Below are positions 37,394 to 49,188 of a stretch of 64,000 nucleotides of DNA, one piece after another. The translations under genes and the position numbers were made by a program. The number at the start of each line of letters is the position of its first letter. The first letter of the stretch is position 1. The stretch spans positions 40,922,001 through 40,986,000 of the forward strand of contig NC_086097.1 in NCBI RefSeq assembly GCF_963921235.1. Direction: 5' to 3'. The notes under the pieces were generated by a model. The model worked only from the letters and a program-made list of their open reading frames with translations. It ran no database searches and was not told the DNA's origin. The stretch is from Mobula hypostoma. Its lineage: Eukaryota.

Positions 37394-39332
37394 AATATTC
37401 TGGTTCTTTGGAAATACTACAAGTGCAGTATGGAAGAAAATGTATTCTGCTTCTTGCGTACAATAATTGTCTTTTTTCATCAATGTTGATGCCCATAAGC
37501 AGGAAGGATGTTCTGGCATCTATTATTCATCTGCAAATGGATGCAAGAGAAAGGCTTAATATCCTTCACCTCTAACTTTTAACCATCTGTTCTATCACAC
37601 TTCTGTTCTCACCGGCATTGTAAAGTATTGTGCTAACTGCTATGCTGCCGTGTTGTCATTGAACTTCTGTTCCTGGATCATTACCATAGGAATAATTTTG
37701 TCATAATCAATATCCCACTGTACTTCCTAAGAATGAGGTGTGGGTTGTGGAAGTATAACACTTTACAAACAACATTGATCTATTTGATTTCTAAGACAAC
37801 TAGCAGTACAGAGGTAAGTTGCTGCCATTGGGGAAGAGTACAATATCTTCGATTGACACTCCTTCCAATACTTAATAAGATGCTCTCCCCAATTCAAATT
37901 TCAAAGTAAATTTATTATCAAAGAATGTACTACATATGATATACTATCTTCAGATTAATTTTCTTGCAAGCATTTACAGGAAAATAAAGAAATACAATAG
38001 AACTTATAAAGACTATACATCACAAAGATTGACACACAGCCTAAGTTCAAAAATAGATCAGTTGTGAAATTAATTTTTAAAAAGTAAATAATTACTACTG
38101 AGAACATGAGTTGTAGAGTCCTTGAAAGTGAGTCTATAGGTTGTGGAATCAGTTCAGCAAGGAATATAGAAATTTACAGCACATTACAGCCCCTTTGGCC
38201 CGCAATCTTGTGCCGAGCATATAACCTATTCTAGAGATTGCCTAGAATTTTCCGAGCACATAGCCGTCTATTTTTCTAAGCTCTGTGTACCTATCTAAGT
38301 GGCTCCACCCACACTGATGTGAGTGATGTTATCCATGCTGGTTCAGGAGGCTGAAGGTTGTAGGGTAATAACTATTCTTGAACCTGGTGATGTGGGACCT
38401 AAGGCTACTGTACCACCTGCTCAATGGTAATCACGAGAAGAGAGCATGGCCTGGATGATATGGGTCCTTGATGATGGACTTATAGCAGAGTAGTCTTTTA
38501 TGTGTGATTGACAGGAGAATTCTAATATCTGGATTTAAAATAGGATTGGCGGTGTCACTATTTACAGCCTTTTATAAACTTCTTTTATTCGCCCACTATC
38601 ACTGGCAAGGCCAGCATTTAATGATCATCCTGACTAGTTTTGAACCCAAGAGCTGGCTGGGCTATGTCAAAGTGCAGTGAAGTATCAAACACCACTTGAT
38701 TGTGTGGTTTGGATTTACATATTGGCTAAATGGAATTAGGATGACAGATTTCCTTCCCTAGCGTGCATCAGGGAATCAGCTGAGTTTTATTGACAATCAC
38801 CATCGTTGACACTGGTTCTCATTTCAGAACAGTGGCATTTAAGAGGCTTTTAGATAGAATATGAAGGCAGGGATGTGGATCCTGTGCAGGCAGAAGGGAT
38901 TTAGTTTAATTTATTATTGTAGTTAGCACAGACATTTCGGCTGAACAGCTTATGCCTGTGCTATACTATTCTACTTTATTTAATTAATACAGTTTAAATG
39001 TTACATCTGCTGCATTGGATTTGAGCTTGATTTCAAATTGTTAGTCTAGTCTTTTGGATTGCCCGTTACCACACTGCCCACATGTGTTTAATTAAGTATT
39101 ATTAGTAAGTATATTTATTGCACAAAAAATTTATGAGGCCTTTAGTACGTTGACAGATGTCTATCAGATGTGTAAAGAAACAAAAATGCTGGAAATACTG
39201 AACATATCAGAGAAGCAAACATAGTTAACATTTTAAGGTGGTGACCTGGCATTCCTTTTTTGTCTTTATATCCGATTTCCATGATTTTTTTCTGCCCTTC
39301 TGTTACTGCATCAGAACAGAATTCCTTCAGAG

Positions 39333-39411
39333 CAGGATTCCCAACCTCATTTATGCCATGGACCCCTACTATTAACCGAGGTGTCCGTGGGCCCCAGGCT
39401 GGGAACCCCTG
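39333..39411. mobile_element. hAT/Charlie-type mini-MITE
   Basis: TIRs CAGGATTCCCAACC / GGCTGGGAACCCCTG; related to 61269-61347. Confidence 0.65.
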
Positions 39412-41849
39412 TTTGGAGCAATGGAGCCCTCTTTTCTGGGAGATAATTTAGTGAGATTCCAAATTCTCTTTTTGAAAGGTTTTATTGATATTTTGAGACA
39501 TATGATAAAAAATTCTGTAACTTTGCTGAGCTCCATTTCCTTTACCAGCTTTATAACTTCTACAATTTTCAACAGGCTTCAGTCTTGCCCACTCTCCTCA
39601 GTGCAACGCTCTGCAGAATTTACTTGGTGACCAGTAATTTCTTCTTTCGCACTGCAGCCTTCCCCTAGAGTCTGGTGTTGCCTCCTCTCCCCTGCAGCCA
39701 TTGGCAGACCCTGGTGTCTCTCCTTTTCTTCCTTCTAGTCTCCAGTCATTCTGCCTCTTCACTGAAACTCTCCAGTTGTTAATGTTTCATGGGCATTTTT
39801 TTATTCCATATCTTGTCGCTTCAATTTCTACTTCACTGTATGAACTGACTTCCCCTTTTGAAGAAGAAGTGAATGGTGCTTTATATCATAACTCATCAAT
39901 AATTGTTTGAACTGAATTGGTCTGGCTACGGACCCATTTTTCTGAAATGTCTTGTAAAGACAGACCATGTATTATTTCGAAAAAAAAGCATAATTTCTCA
40001 ATTAAATGCTCATGTTCGACTTTAGTCTCTCTGAATAAGTATCACTGAGAGCCAAAATGTGGCCCATTCCTTTTTCACAGTGATTCTTTCTGTAAGCACA
40101 TTGGAATAGTTTTGCTGGTCACATCCCTATCTAAAAATATACTTTAGAATGTTGTGCTTTAACAGTTTTGAAATGCATTATATCTGCAACCTTAATTGGC
40201 AGATTATTCATGCTGTTTGTGATGAAATGACTTCATGTAGTAGCAACCTGTGTTCAAATATATCATCTCTTGAGTACATAATCATAAATCTGCTTCAGTT
40301 TCCACCACTGTGAAAGGGAAATAATCTTCTTTGATTTGTACAGCAGAAGTCTTGTTCTTTGTTTATTTAGTTCTTTTTCACGAGGTTGGTTCAATAGGGC
40401 ATCAGGATGATGATGGGGAAATTTATTTGGATTGTCATTGTGCTGGCAACCAAAGTGTATTAGAGCAATTTTTAGTGTAGAAACAAATTGTAGGGGAATC
40501 TCTGAGGGATCGGGGAGAAGCAACCAAGATGCTGAGCCAAAGGGATTTGGAGTGATAGGAAGAGTTTGCAAGAGGGCCTTAAATTGGAGAAAGAGATGGA
40601 AAATCAGGAGTTTGTGAAGGGAATTCCACAACATGGAACTCAAGATACGGTAGGTAAAGTCTTTGACCGTGCAGCAAAAGGGAACTAATTGTCAGAAGGA
40701 AGGGAAAGTGCAAGGGCTGTGATCATACCACTGGAGAATTACAGATCTAGAGTAAGGGTGATGCCAGCAGTAGGAATAAGAGGCTTCAGGGATGAGGAGC
40801 TCGTGTGAGCCAGCATAAAAAAATAGAGCAATGGGCAGTGGTTATATGGTCTGTGTGCTGATGTTTATGAATTATTTCATATGAATGGCGACCCTGGAGA
40901 ACATTGGTCTCGTCAACACTGGTGGTGGCAATAGCATGGTGAAGGGTTTCGGCAGCATAATATGATGAGTAAATTTGGGTAATGTAGTGGTGGTAGAAGC
41001 AGGTGGTGTTTGTTAAGCAGGGGATGTAGGGGTCAGAATCTGACTTTGGAGAGAATGCAAACAGTTTGGCTTAACTGATTTCGAACAGATTTGCTGCTTT
41101 CCTGATTGGATTTTCTCCAAAGCCTTGGGAATTCTTTGATTGCTAATATTTTCTTAGTCTGTCTATTGAACTGGCTCCTTCATGCTGTTTCATTTGGTCG
41201 GAGGATTGAAGTGGCAGATGAATAATGTTAAATATCCCCATATGCAAATAATATTCCAAATGGAATGCTGCCTCAAAGTTGTTTGAACAAGGAGTAGTTC
41301 ATCCAAATAAATTGACAGCAATCAATTTTAAAAGCAAGATCTAATTGCCTTGTGCAAATAATGCTGTTAAATTAAAGAGATCAGATCAGAAATGATGGAA
41401 GGAAAGACTCAAACAATTAAATGGGAGACACTACTGTTAAGTGAACTGATCTATTTTGTGCATGATTAACTCTCTGAAATGTATGCATTAATAGCTAAAT
41501 AACTACAATCAATTTCTATGAATAGTATCACCTTTATCTAAAGTCACCATAAGTCATCCATGTAATGGATACGAGATGTATTCTAATTGAAGAATTTAGG
41601 TAATCACTTTCTGCTTGCTTCTTCCACTTGAGCTTGTATTTGTTGTTATAACTGTCTGCCTACTACAAATTGATCTAATCTCAGATGGTTATGCAATACA
41701 AGGCAGAGTCTTAGCTGTGGAAGAAATATCCTCAGAACAAATGAGGAATCTGGAACACATGCCAGGAATCTTCACACTTGCTGAAGCAATTTTGTTGTCG
41801 TCCCTGCCCACAAGGGTCAAAGTGTGGCTTATATCATGAAATTCCCCTG

Positions 41850-42097
41850 GTAAGAGAGTGGTGAGAGGGAGTGTGTTTAAAAGCAATATGAGGGCAACGT
41901 GTTTTACACAGAAAATTGTGGTAGGCAGCTGTAATCTGTTGCTGGAGAGAGTGATAGGTTCTTGATTAATCAGGGCATCAAAGGTTATGGGGAGAACACA
42001 GGACAATGGTGTTGAGAGGGTTAGTAATTCAGCCATGATGGAATGGTGGAGCAGGCTCAATGGGCCGTATGGCCTAATTCTGCTCCTTTGTCTTATG
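41850..42097 (+). mobile_element. CR1 LINE 3' end
   Basis: gggcatcaaaggttatggggaga...ggcctaattctgctcct...tcttatg. Confidence 0.7.
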
Positions 42098-42635
42098 AAC
42101 TTGTGGTTTTAACTTAAGACCTTGACCCATAATTTCTGCCTTTTATTCTTTGTTTCTAAACTAAGTGATCCATCATTGCCCATCTCTATTTCCATCTCCA
42201 TGTTCGCTCACCTTAGTGCCTGATTTCACTGTCCATCCTTCACTTGTTCCAAAGTATGAATTCCCTATCAATTTTCCAACTGCTCCACCAGGGCTTTTTA
42301 TGTGGTCTCTCAGCTCCTTTGTTCTCAGCCGTATATAGTGCACTTCTATTCCTTTATGTAATATTAGATAGAAAATACTACCTCTGCAGTGCAAGTTCTT
42401 TCTGTAAACCCCACTGAAATACATTTGATGTCTTTCACTCTCCTCTCTCTTCCATCCGTGGCATTTCTTCTGATTTTATAACCGATTCTCATCTGCAGTA
42501 CTTCAGTAACAAACCATGTGCCTTTCTCAACTGTCTCTTCTGCATCCTCCCTACTCATTCCTTACTCATGCCTTCTGAGCACCTTCTCACAGATTCTTCC
42601 TCTCATCCTTAAAAATTGTCAATGCTGGCTCTTGC

Positions 42636-43419
42636 TGTTACATACTTCATGGATATCTTGTGACTGTCTTATGAGGATGATGTAATGGTCTTACAGAGGT
42701 CACATGATGACTTGTTCTCAAAAGGTATATAAAAGGGAAACCCCTGGTGACACAATTAGTTTTCAGTTTAGTTTTGTGTTAGATACTCCGTTTTGCTGTG
42801 TATTTGGCTGATGACGCAGTTTTATTTTAAAGTGGAGTTCTACTTTCTGTTGTAAGTAGTATTGGAGGGTGAAGACCTTACCAAAATACAGGAATTCGCC
42901 AAGTCGAGTAAAGCTGATATTGTTTGACAGTTTTGGAGAGGATTGAACTTTGTTGAATCTTCTTTCAAGTAAAAGTGACCTGCAACTGAGATATCCCCTG
43001 CTGAAGTAGGAAGGGTAGTGCAGTGTCCTTTCGCCAGAGGAAAAGGTCAGTTTCTTTAAACCGTTTTATTTCTGTCGTCGTGAATCCTGCGGACAAGGCG
43101 GGTTTCGGCTGTGATCATCAGTAACGACATGTCTTCGAGGAATTCTTTACTTCAGGAAAGTCTCTCCTAATTGACTGTATAAATCTCTTGGACTTTCAAA
43201 TTTACCATTCTAAGAACTGTGTTTGAATTTATCACTTTAAGAACTGTTTTTGCATTTACCCTTTTAAGAACTGTTCCAGAGTTGCCGTATAGCAATTAAC
43301 TTCCGGTTAAGTTAGTCGTTTAAATACATTTCGCTATTTTTGAGCAAAGTTTAATAAATGTTTGCTGTTTTTTATAAAACCTGACTCAATTGATATTCAT
43401 TGTTGCTAGTCACGTGACA
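42636..43419 (+). repeat. 5' LTR of the Gmr1-like element (784 bp)
   Basis: Direct repeat; TATATAAAA near 42726; AATAAA at 43353. Confidence 0.95.
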
Positions 43420-43425
43420 TAAATT

Positions 43426-43443
43426 TGGGGGCTCATCTGGGAT
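43426..43443 (+). promoter_or_regulatory. Primer-binding site, tRNA-Pro (2 CpG-type mismatches)
   Basis: TGGGGGCTCATCTGGGAT versus TGGGGGCTCGTCCGGGAT. Confidence 0.85.
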
Positions 43444-43549
43444 TGTTCCAATTTTGAGCTTAAGTGCTTGTTTAGGTATCAACCTGATTTGGAAAATGGA
43501 AATATCCAATTCTTTTGTTTGATTGGTCTGTGGGTAGTATTCAGCAGCA

Positions 43550-45120
43550 ATGAATATTGATGACTTTATGGAATTGCCAAACTCGGAGTTTTTAGCGACA
43601 GCGAGAAAGGGTGTTGTATCCGAGATTGCTAGAAGGTTGGATCTTAAAGGAATTACAAAGGTTACAACCAAGCCAGTTGTTCAGAGACAAATTGTGGCAC
43701 ACTATAAAGAGTTGGGTGTTTTTGATGAAGAAGTGTTAGATAGCTTTCCATTGAGTAATCTAGAGCTGTAGTTACATATTGAACAAATAAAGTTAAAGCA
43801 ATTAGAAGCTGATTTGGAAAGAAGTCGGTTAGAAGCTGAAAATAAACAGAAAGAATTCGAGGCTAGAGAAACCCTTAGGAAAAAGAAATTTGAAGAAAGA
43901 GAAGCAAATAAAAAGAGGGAGTTTGAGCTAGAGATGGAGAAATTCTGGTTCTAGGAAATAGTTTGTTGCTAGTCGAGGGGTTATTTTGGCTCCTCCATTT
44001 AATGAAGCAGAGGTGGACAAATATTTCCAACATTTCGAAATTGTTGGTCTGAGTTTAGAGTGGCTGAAAGAGAGATGGCCAGTGATGTTACAAAGTGTAA
44101 TTAGAGGCAAGGCACAACAAGTTTATACAGCTTTAAATGCTGAGCGAGCACTTGATTATGATATTGTGAAACAGCATATATTGAAAGCATATGAATTGGT
44201 TCCATAAGCTTATAGAAAAAGATTCAGAAATTTGAAGAGATTTGTGGAAAAAACTTACGTGGAATTTGCATACGAGAAATCTGTGTGTTTTGCGAGATGG
44301 GTTTCCTCTAAAAATGTGAATGGGGAGTATAATAAATTAAAAGTTGATTTTACTGGAGGAATTTAAAAGGAGCATTCCTGTTGAAGTAAGGACATACTTA
44401 AATGAAAGGGACACCGCTACATTGCAGGAGTCTGCTAAATTAGCTGATGAGTATGCTTTAATTCATAAGAGTAAATTTTCTCCAGGTAGAACTTTTAAAA
44501 AGAAAAATAGCACAGAGAGTCAAGGTAAACCAGAAATTAAATCTGAAGTTAGTGAGAAAGGTAAGGATGAAGGGAGACATGTGAAGGAAAGACATTTTAG
44601 TCTTAATGGTAATTATTGTAAGAAACCTGGACATGTAATAGCTAACTGTTTTGCATTGAGAAAGAAAAAGAAGGAAGCAGTCCCAGATGCTTGTGTGCAG
44701 CATATTGAAACACGTGTAAATCCACAGAGTTCGATAAATACCAATGAAGTTTTGTCAGAGTCTTACCAAGTTAAGAGGGGATATGAACAGTTTATAACCG
44801 AAGGATTTGTATCCTTGAAAGAGGGATCCAATCCCGTACCAATAAGAATCCTTAGAGATACTGGAGCTTCTCAATCACTAATGTTAGACAGTGTTCTAAA
44901 GTTTAGTGATGAGTCCGACATTGATGAGGTAAACGATATAAGAGGAGTTGGGGGTGCCCATATGTCGGTACATTTGCATAGAGTAAATTTAGGGTCAGGG
45001 TTAGTTACAGGGCCTGTTAAGTAGGACTACAACCCAGTTTACCCATAAATGGTGTTTCTCTTTTGTTAGGGAATGACTTAGCAGGTGGACACGTTTTTCC
45101 TGAAGTGCATTTGACAATAA
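43550..45120 (+). pseudogene. gag (SCAN-related capsid, zinc knuckle) and protease, disrupted
   Basis: PPFNEAEVDKYFQHFE; ILKAYELVP; ILLEEFK; YCKKPGHVIANC; ILRDTGASQSL; stops and frameshifts present. Confidence 0.88.
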
Positions 45121-46747
45121 TTTGACATGTTAGTAGGGAAGTAGTGTTAAGTAAATTGAGGGGATTGAAGGCAGATAAATCCCCAGGGCCAGATGGTCTG
45201 CATCCCAGAGTGCTTAAGGAAGTAGCTCAAGAAAGAGTGGATGCATTAGTGATAATTTTTCAAAACTCTTTAGATTCTGGATTAGTTCCTGAGGATTGGA
45301 GGGTGGCTAATGTAACCCCGCTTTTTAAAAAAGGAGGCAAAGAGAAACTGGGGAATTATAGACCGGTAAGCCTGACATCGGTTGTGGGGAAAATGCTAGA
45401 GTCGGTTATCAAAGATGTGACAACAGCACATTTGGAAATCGATGAAATCATCGGACAAAGCATGGATTTGTGAAAGGAAAATCATGTCTGACGAATCTCA
45501 TAGTATTTTTTGAGGATGTAACTAGTAGAGTGGATAGGGGAGAACCAGTGGATGTGGTATATTTGGATTTTCAAAAGGCTTTTGACAAGGTCCCACACAG
45601 GAGATTAGCGTGCAAACTTAAAGCACACGGAATTGGGGGTAAGGTATTGATGTGGATAGAGAATTGGTTGGCAGACAGGAAGCAAAGAGTGGGAATAAAC
45701 GGGACCTTTTCAGAATGGTGGGCAGTGACTAGTGGGGTACTGCAAGGCTCAGTGCTGGGACCCCAGTTGTTTACAATAGATATTAATGACTTAGACGAGG
45801 GAATTAAATGCAGCATCTCCAAGTTTGCGGATGACACGAAGCTGGGCGGCAGTGTTAGCTGTGAGGAGGATGCAGGGTGACTTGGATAGGTTAGGTGAGT
45901 GGGCAAATTTATGGCAGATGCAATTTAATGTGGATAAATGTGAGGTTATCCACTTTGGTAGCAAGAACAGGAAAACAGATTATTATCTGAATCGTGGTCA
46001 ATTAGGAAAAGGGGAGGTGCAACGAGACCTGGGTGTCATTGTACACCAGTCATTGAAAATTGGCATGCAGGTACAGCAGGCGGTGAAAAAGGCAAATGGT
46101 ATGCTGGCATTCATAGCAAGAGGATTCGAGTACAGGAGCAGGGAGGTTCTGCTGCAGTTGTTCAAGGCCTTGGTGAGACCACACGTAGAGTATTGTGTGC
46201 AGTTTTGGTCTCCTAATCTGATGAAAGACATTCTTGCCATAGAGCGGGTACAAAGAAGTTCACCAGATTGATTCCTGGGATGGCAGAACTTTCATATGAT
46301 GAGAGACTGGATCGACTAGGCTTATACTCTCTGGAATTTAGAAGATTGAGGGGGGATCTGATTGAAACGTATAAAATTCTAAAAGGATTGGACAGGCTAG
46401 ATGCGGGAAGATTGTTACCGATGTTGGGGAAGTCCAGAACGAGGGGTCACAGTTTGAGGATAAAGGGGAAGCCTTTTAGGACCGAGATGAGGAAAAACTT
46501 CTTCACACAGAGAGTGGTGAATCTGTGGAATTCTCTGCCACAGGAAACAGTTGAGGCCAGTTCACTGGCTATATTTAAGAGGGAGTTAGATAAGGCCCTT
46601 GTGGCTTAAGGGATCAGGAGTTATGGAGAGAAGGCAGGTACAGGGTTCTGAGTTGGATGATCAGCCACGATCGTAATCAATGGTGGTGCAGGCTCGAAGG
46701 GCTGAAAGGGCTACTCCTGCACCTGTTTTCTATGTTTCTTTGTTTCT
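45121..46747 (+). mobile_element. Young 5'-truncated CR1 LINE nested in the Gmr1-like element
   Basis: ORFs 45144-46609 (RT, FADD); CTATGTTT-type tail; ATAA on both flanks. Confidence 0.93.
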
Positions 46748-47055
46748 ATAAAGCCTATTTCTGAGGATCCACAGAGGGATGCTAACATAGATTCTTCCTG
46801 TGTTGTAACCCGAGCTATGGCTAAAAAGTCTGATGTACAGGATGGGGTTGTTACCCATGGCTGTTCAACTCGGGATGCGAATTTTGAGGATGTGTCAGAG
46901 ACTTTCTTCCCTTCATTATTTGATCAGGGTTTTGGTAGTAAGTCTGATCATGAAGATTTGTCTTTATCTCGGAAGGAGATGATAGCAGAGCAGAGTAGAG
47001 ACCCTGAGATTATCAAATTAAAGGAACAAGCTTTCTAGATAGTGAAATTGAGAAT

Positions 47056-48022
47056 GTGCCAGTAGGATATTATTTTGAAAAGGGAGGATTGATGAGGAAG
47101 TGGAAATCACCTACAATTCCTGCTAGTGAGGAATGGGAAGTTAATCATCATGTAGTAGTTCCTAAAGTTTATCGAAATGAGATTTTAACTATGGCTCAAG
47201 CTATGCCTTTGGGTGGCCATCAAGGTGTAAAGAAAACTATGAATAAGGTTTTTAAACATTTTTACTGGCCTAGTTTAAGAAAGGATGTGGCGACATTTTG
47301 CAGGATGTGTCATACATGTCAAATTGTGGGTAAACCTAATCAAGTTACTCCAGTGGCCCCACTGCAACCAATTCCAGCATTTGGTGAGCTGTTTTCCAAA
47401 ATTATTATAGATTGTGTAAGCCCATTGCCAAAAACTAAAACTGGGCATCAATATTTGCTGACCATTATGTGCACAGCGTCTAGGTTTCCAGAGCAATACC
47501 TCTTGGGAATATAACAGCCAAAACTGTGACAAAGGCTCTTATAAAATTCTTTACTTATTTTGGGTTGCCTAAGGAAATACAATCGGATCAAGGTAGTAAT
47601 TTTATTTTTGGATTATTTCTGCAGGTAGTTTATAAACTGGGAGGAAAACAGATTACCTCATCTGCATATCATCCAGAATCACAAGGAGCCTTGGAGATAT
47701 TCCATGCTACCCTTAAAACTATGATTAGAACGTATTGTGTAGAAAATGAAAAGGACTGGGATGAAGGTGTACATTTACTACTTTTTGCAGTATGGGAGGC
47801 AGTACAGGAATCATTAGGCTTTAGTCCTTTTGAACTTGTGTTTGGGCATAGAGTTCGAGGATCTTTGGCCTTGTTGAAAGAACAGTGGATTAATAAAGAG
47901 GTACACACCAATTTGTTGGATTATGTTTTAAAATTTAAAGAAAGATTACTTAAAACTTGTAGCTTAGCCAAGGAAAACTTAAAATCGGCTCAGGAGAAGA
48001 TGAAAACTTGGTATGATAAGGA
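47056..48022 (+). pseudogene. Integrase (zinc-binding and DDE core), frameshifted
   Basis: GHQGVKKT...FYWP...CRMCHTCQ; IIIDCV; IQSDQGSNF; YHPESQGALE. Confidence 0.92.
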
Positions 48023-49019
48023 TCAACTCCACCATCAACTCTGCTCTCAAACGCATCTCCCCCATTTCACGCACATCTGCTCTCAGTCTATCCTCTCGCC
48101 ACCCCACGAGGAATAGGGTTCCCCTGGTCCTCACCTACCACCCCACCAGCCTCCGGGTCCAACATATTATTCTCCATAACTTCTGCCACCTCCAACGGGA
48201 TCCCACCACTAAGCACATCTTTCCCTCCCCCCCCTCTGCTTTCCACAGGATTCGCTCACTACAAGACTCCCTTGTCCATTCGTCCCCCCATCCCTCCCCA
48301 CTGATCTCCCTCCTGGCACTTATCCTTGTAAGCAAAACAAGTGCTACACATACCCTTACACTTCCTCCCTTACCACCATTCAGGGCCCCAGACAGTCCTT
48401 CCAGGTGAGGCGACACTTCACTTGTGCTGGGGTGATATACTGCGTCTGGTGCTCCCGATGTCGCCTTCAATATATTGGCGACACCCGACGCAGACTGGGA
48501 GACCGCTTTGCTGAATACCTACGCTCTGTCCACAGAGAAAGCAGAATCTCCCAGTGGCCACACATTTTAATTCCACATCCCATTCCCATTCTGACTAGTC
48601 TGTCCACGGCCTCCTCTACTGTAAAGATGAAGCCACACTCAGGTTGGAGGAACAACACCTTATATTCCGTCTGGGTAGCTCCAACCTGATGGCATGAACA
48701 TTGACTTCTCTAACTTCCGCTAATGCCCCACCCCACCTCGTACCCCCATCTGTTATTTATTTTTATACACACATTCTTTCTCTCACGCTCCTTTTTCTCC
48801 CTCTGTCCCTCTGACTGTACCCCTTGCCCATCCTCTGGGTTTCCCCCCTCCCCCTTTTCTTTCTCCCCGGACCTCCTGTCCCATGATCCTCTCATAGCCC
48901 CTTTTGCCAATCACCTGTCCAGCTCTTGGCTCCATCCCTCCCCCTCCTGTCTTCTCCTATCATTTTGGATCCCCCTTCCCCTCCCACTTTCAAATCTCAA
49001 ACTAACTCTTCCTTCAGTT

Positions 49020-49055
49020 AGTCCTGACGAAGGGTCTCGGCCTGAAATGTCGACT
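49020..49055 (+). ncRNA. Minimal type I hammerhead ribozyme motif (stem III mutated)
   Basis: AGTC-CTGACGA-AGGGTCTCGGCCT-GAAATGTC-GACT. Confidence 0.65.
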
Positions 49056-49188
49056 GTACCTCTTCCTAGAGATGCTGCCTGGCCTGCTGCGCTCACCTGC
49101 AACTTTGACGTGTGTTGCTTGAATTTCCAGCATCTGCAGAATTCCTGTTGTTTGCGTTTTTAAATTCACTACTGCGAAGCCTATTCCG

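Noticed and set aside
40263..40643. 126-aa ORF and other short ORFs in AT-rich intron sequence
   Set aside because: No homology, splice or compositional support; probably chance frames or very old LINE debris.
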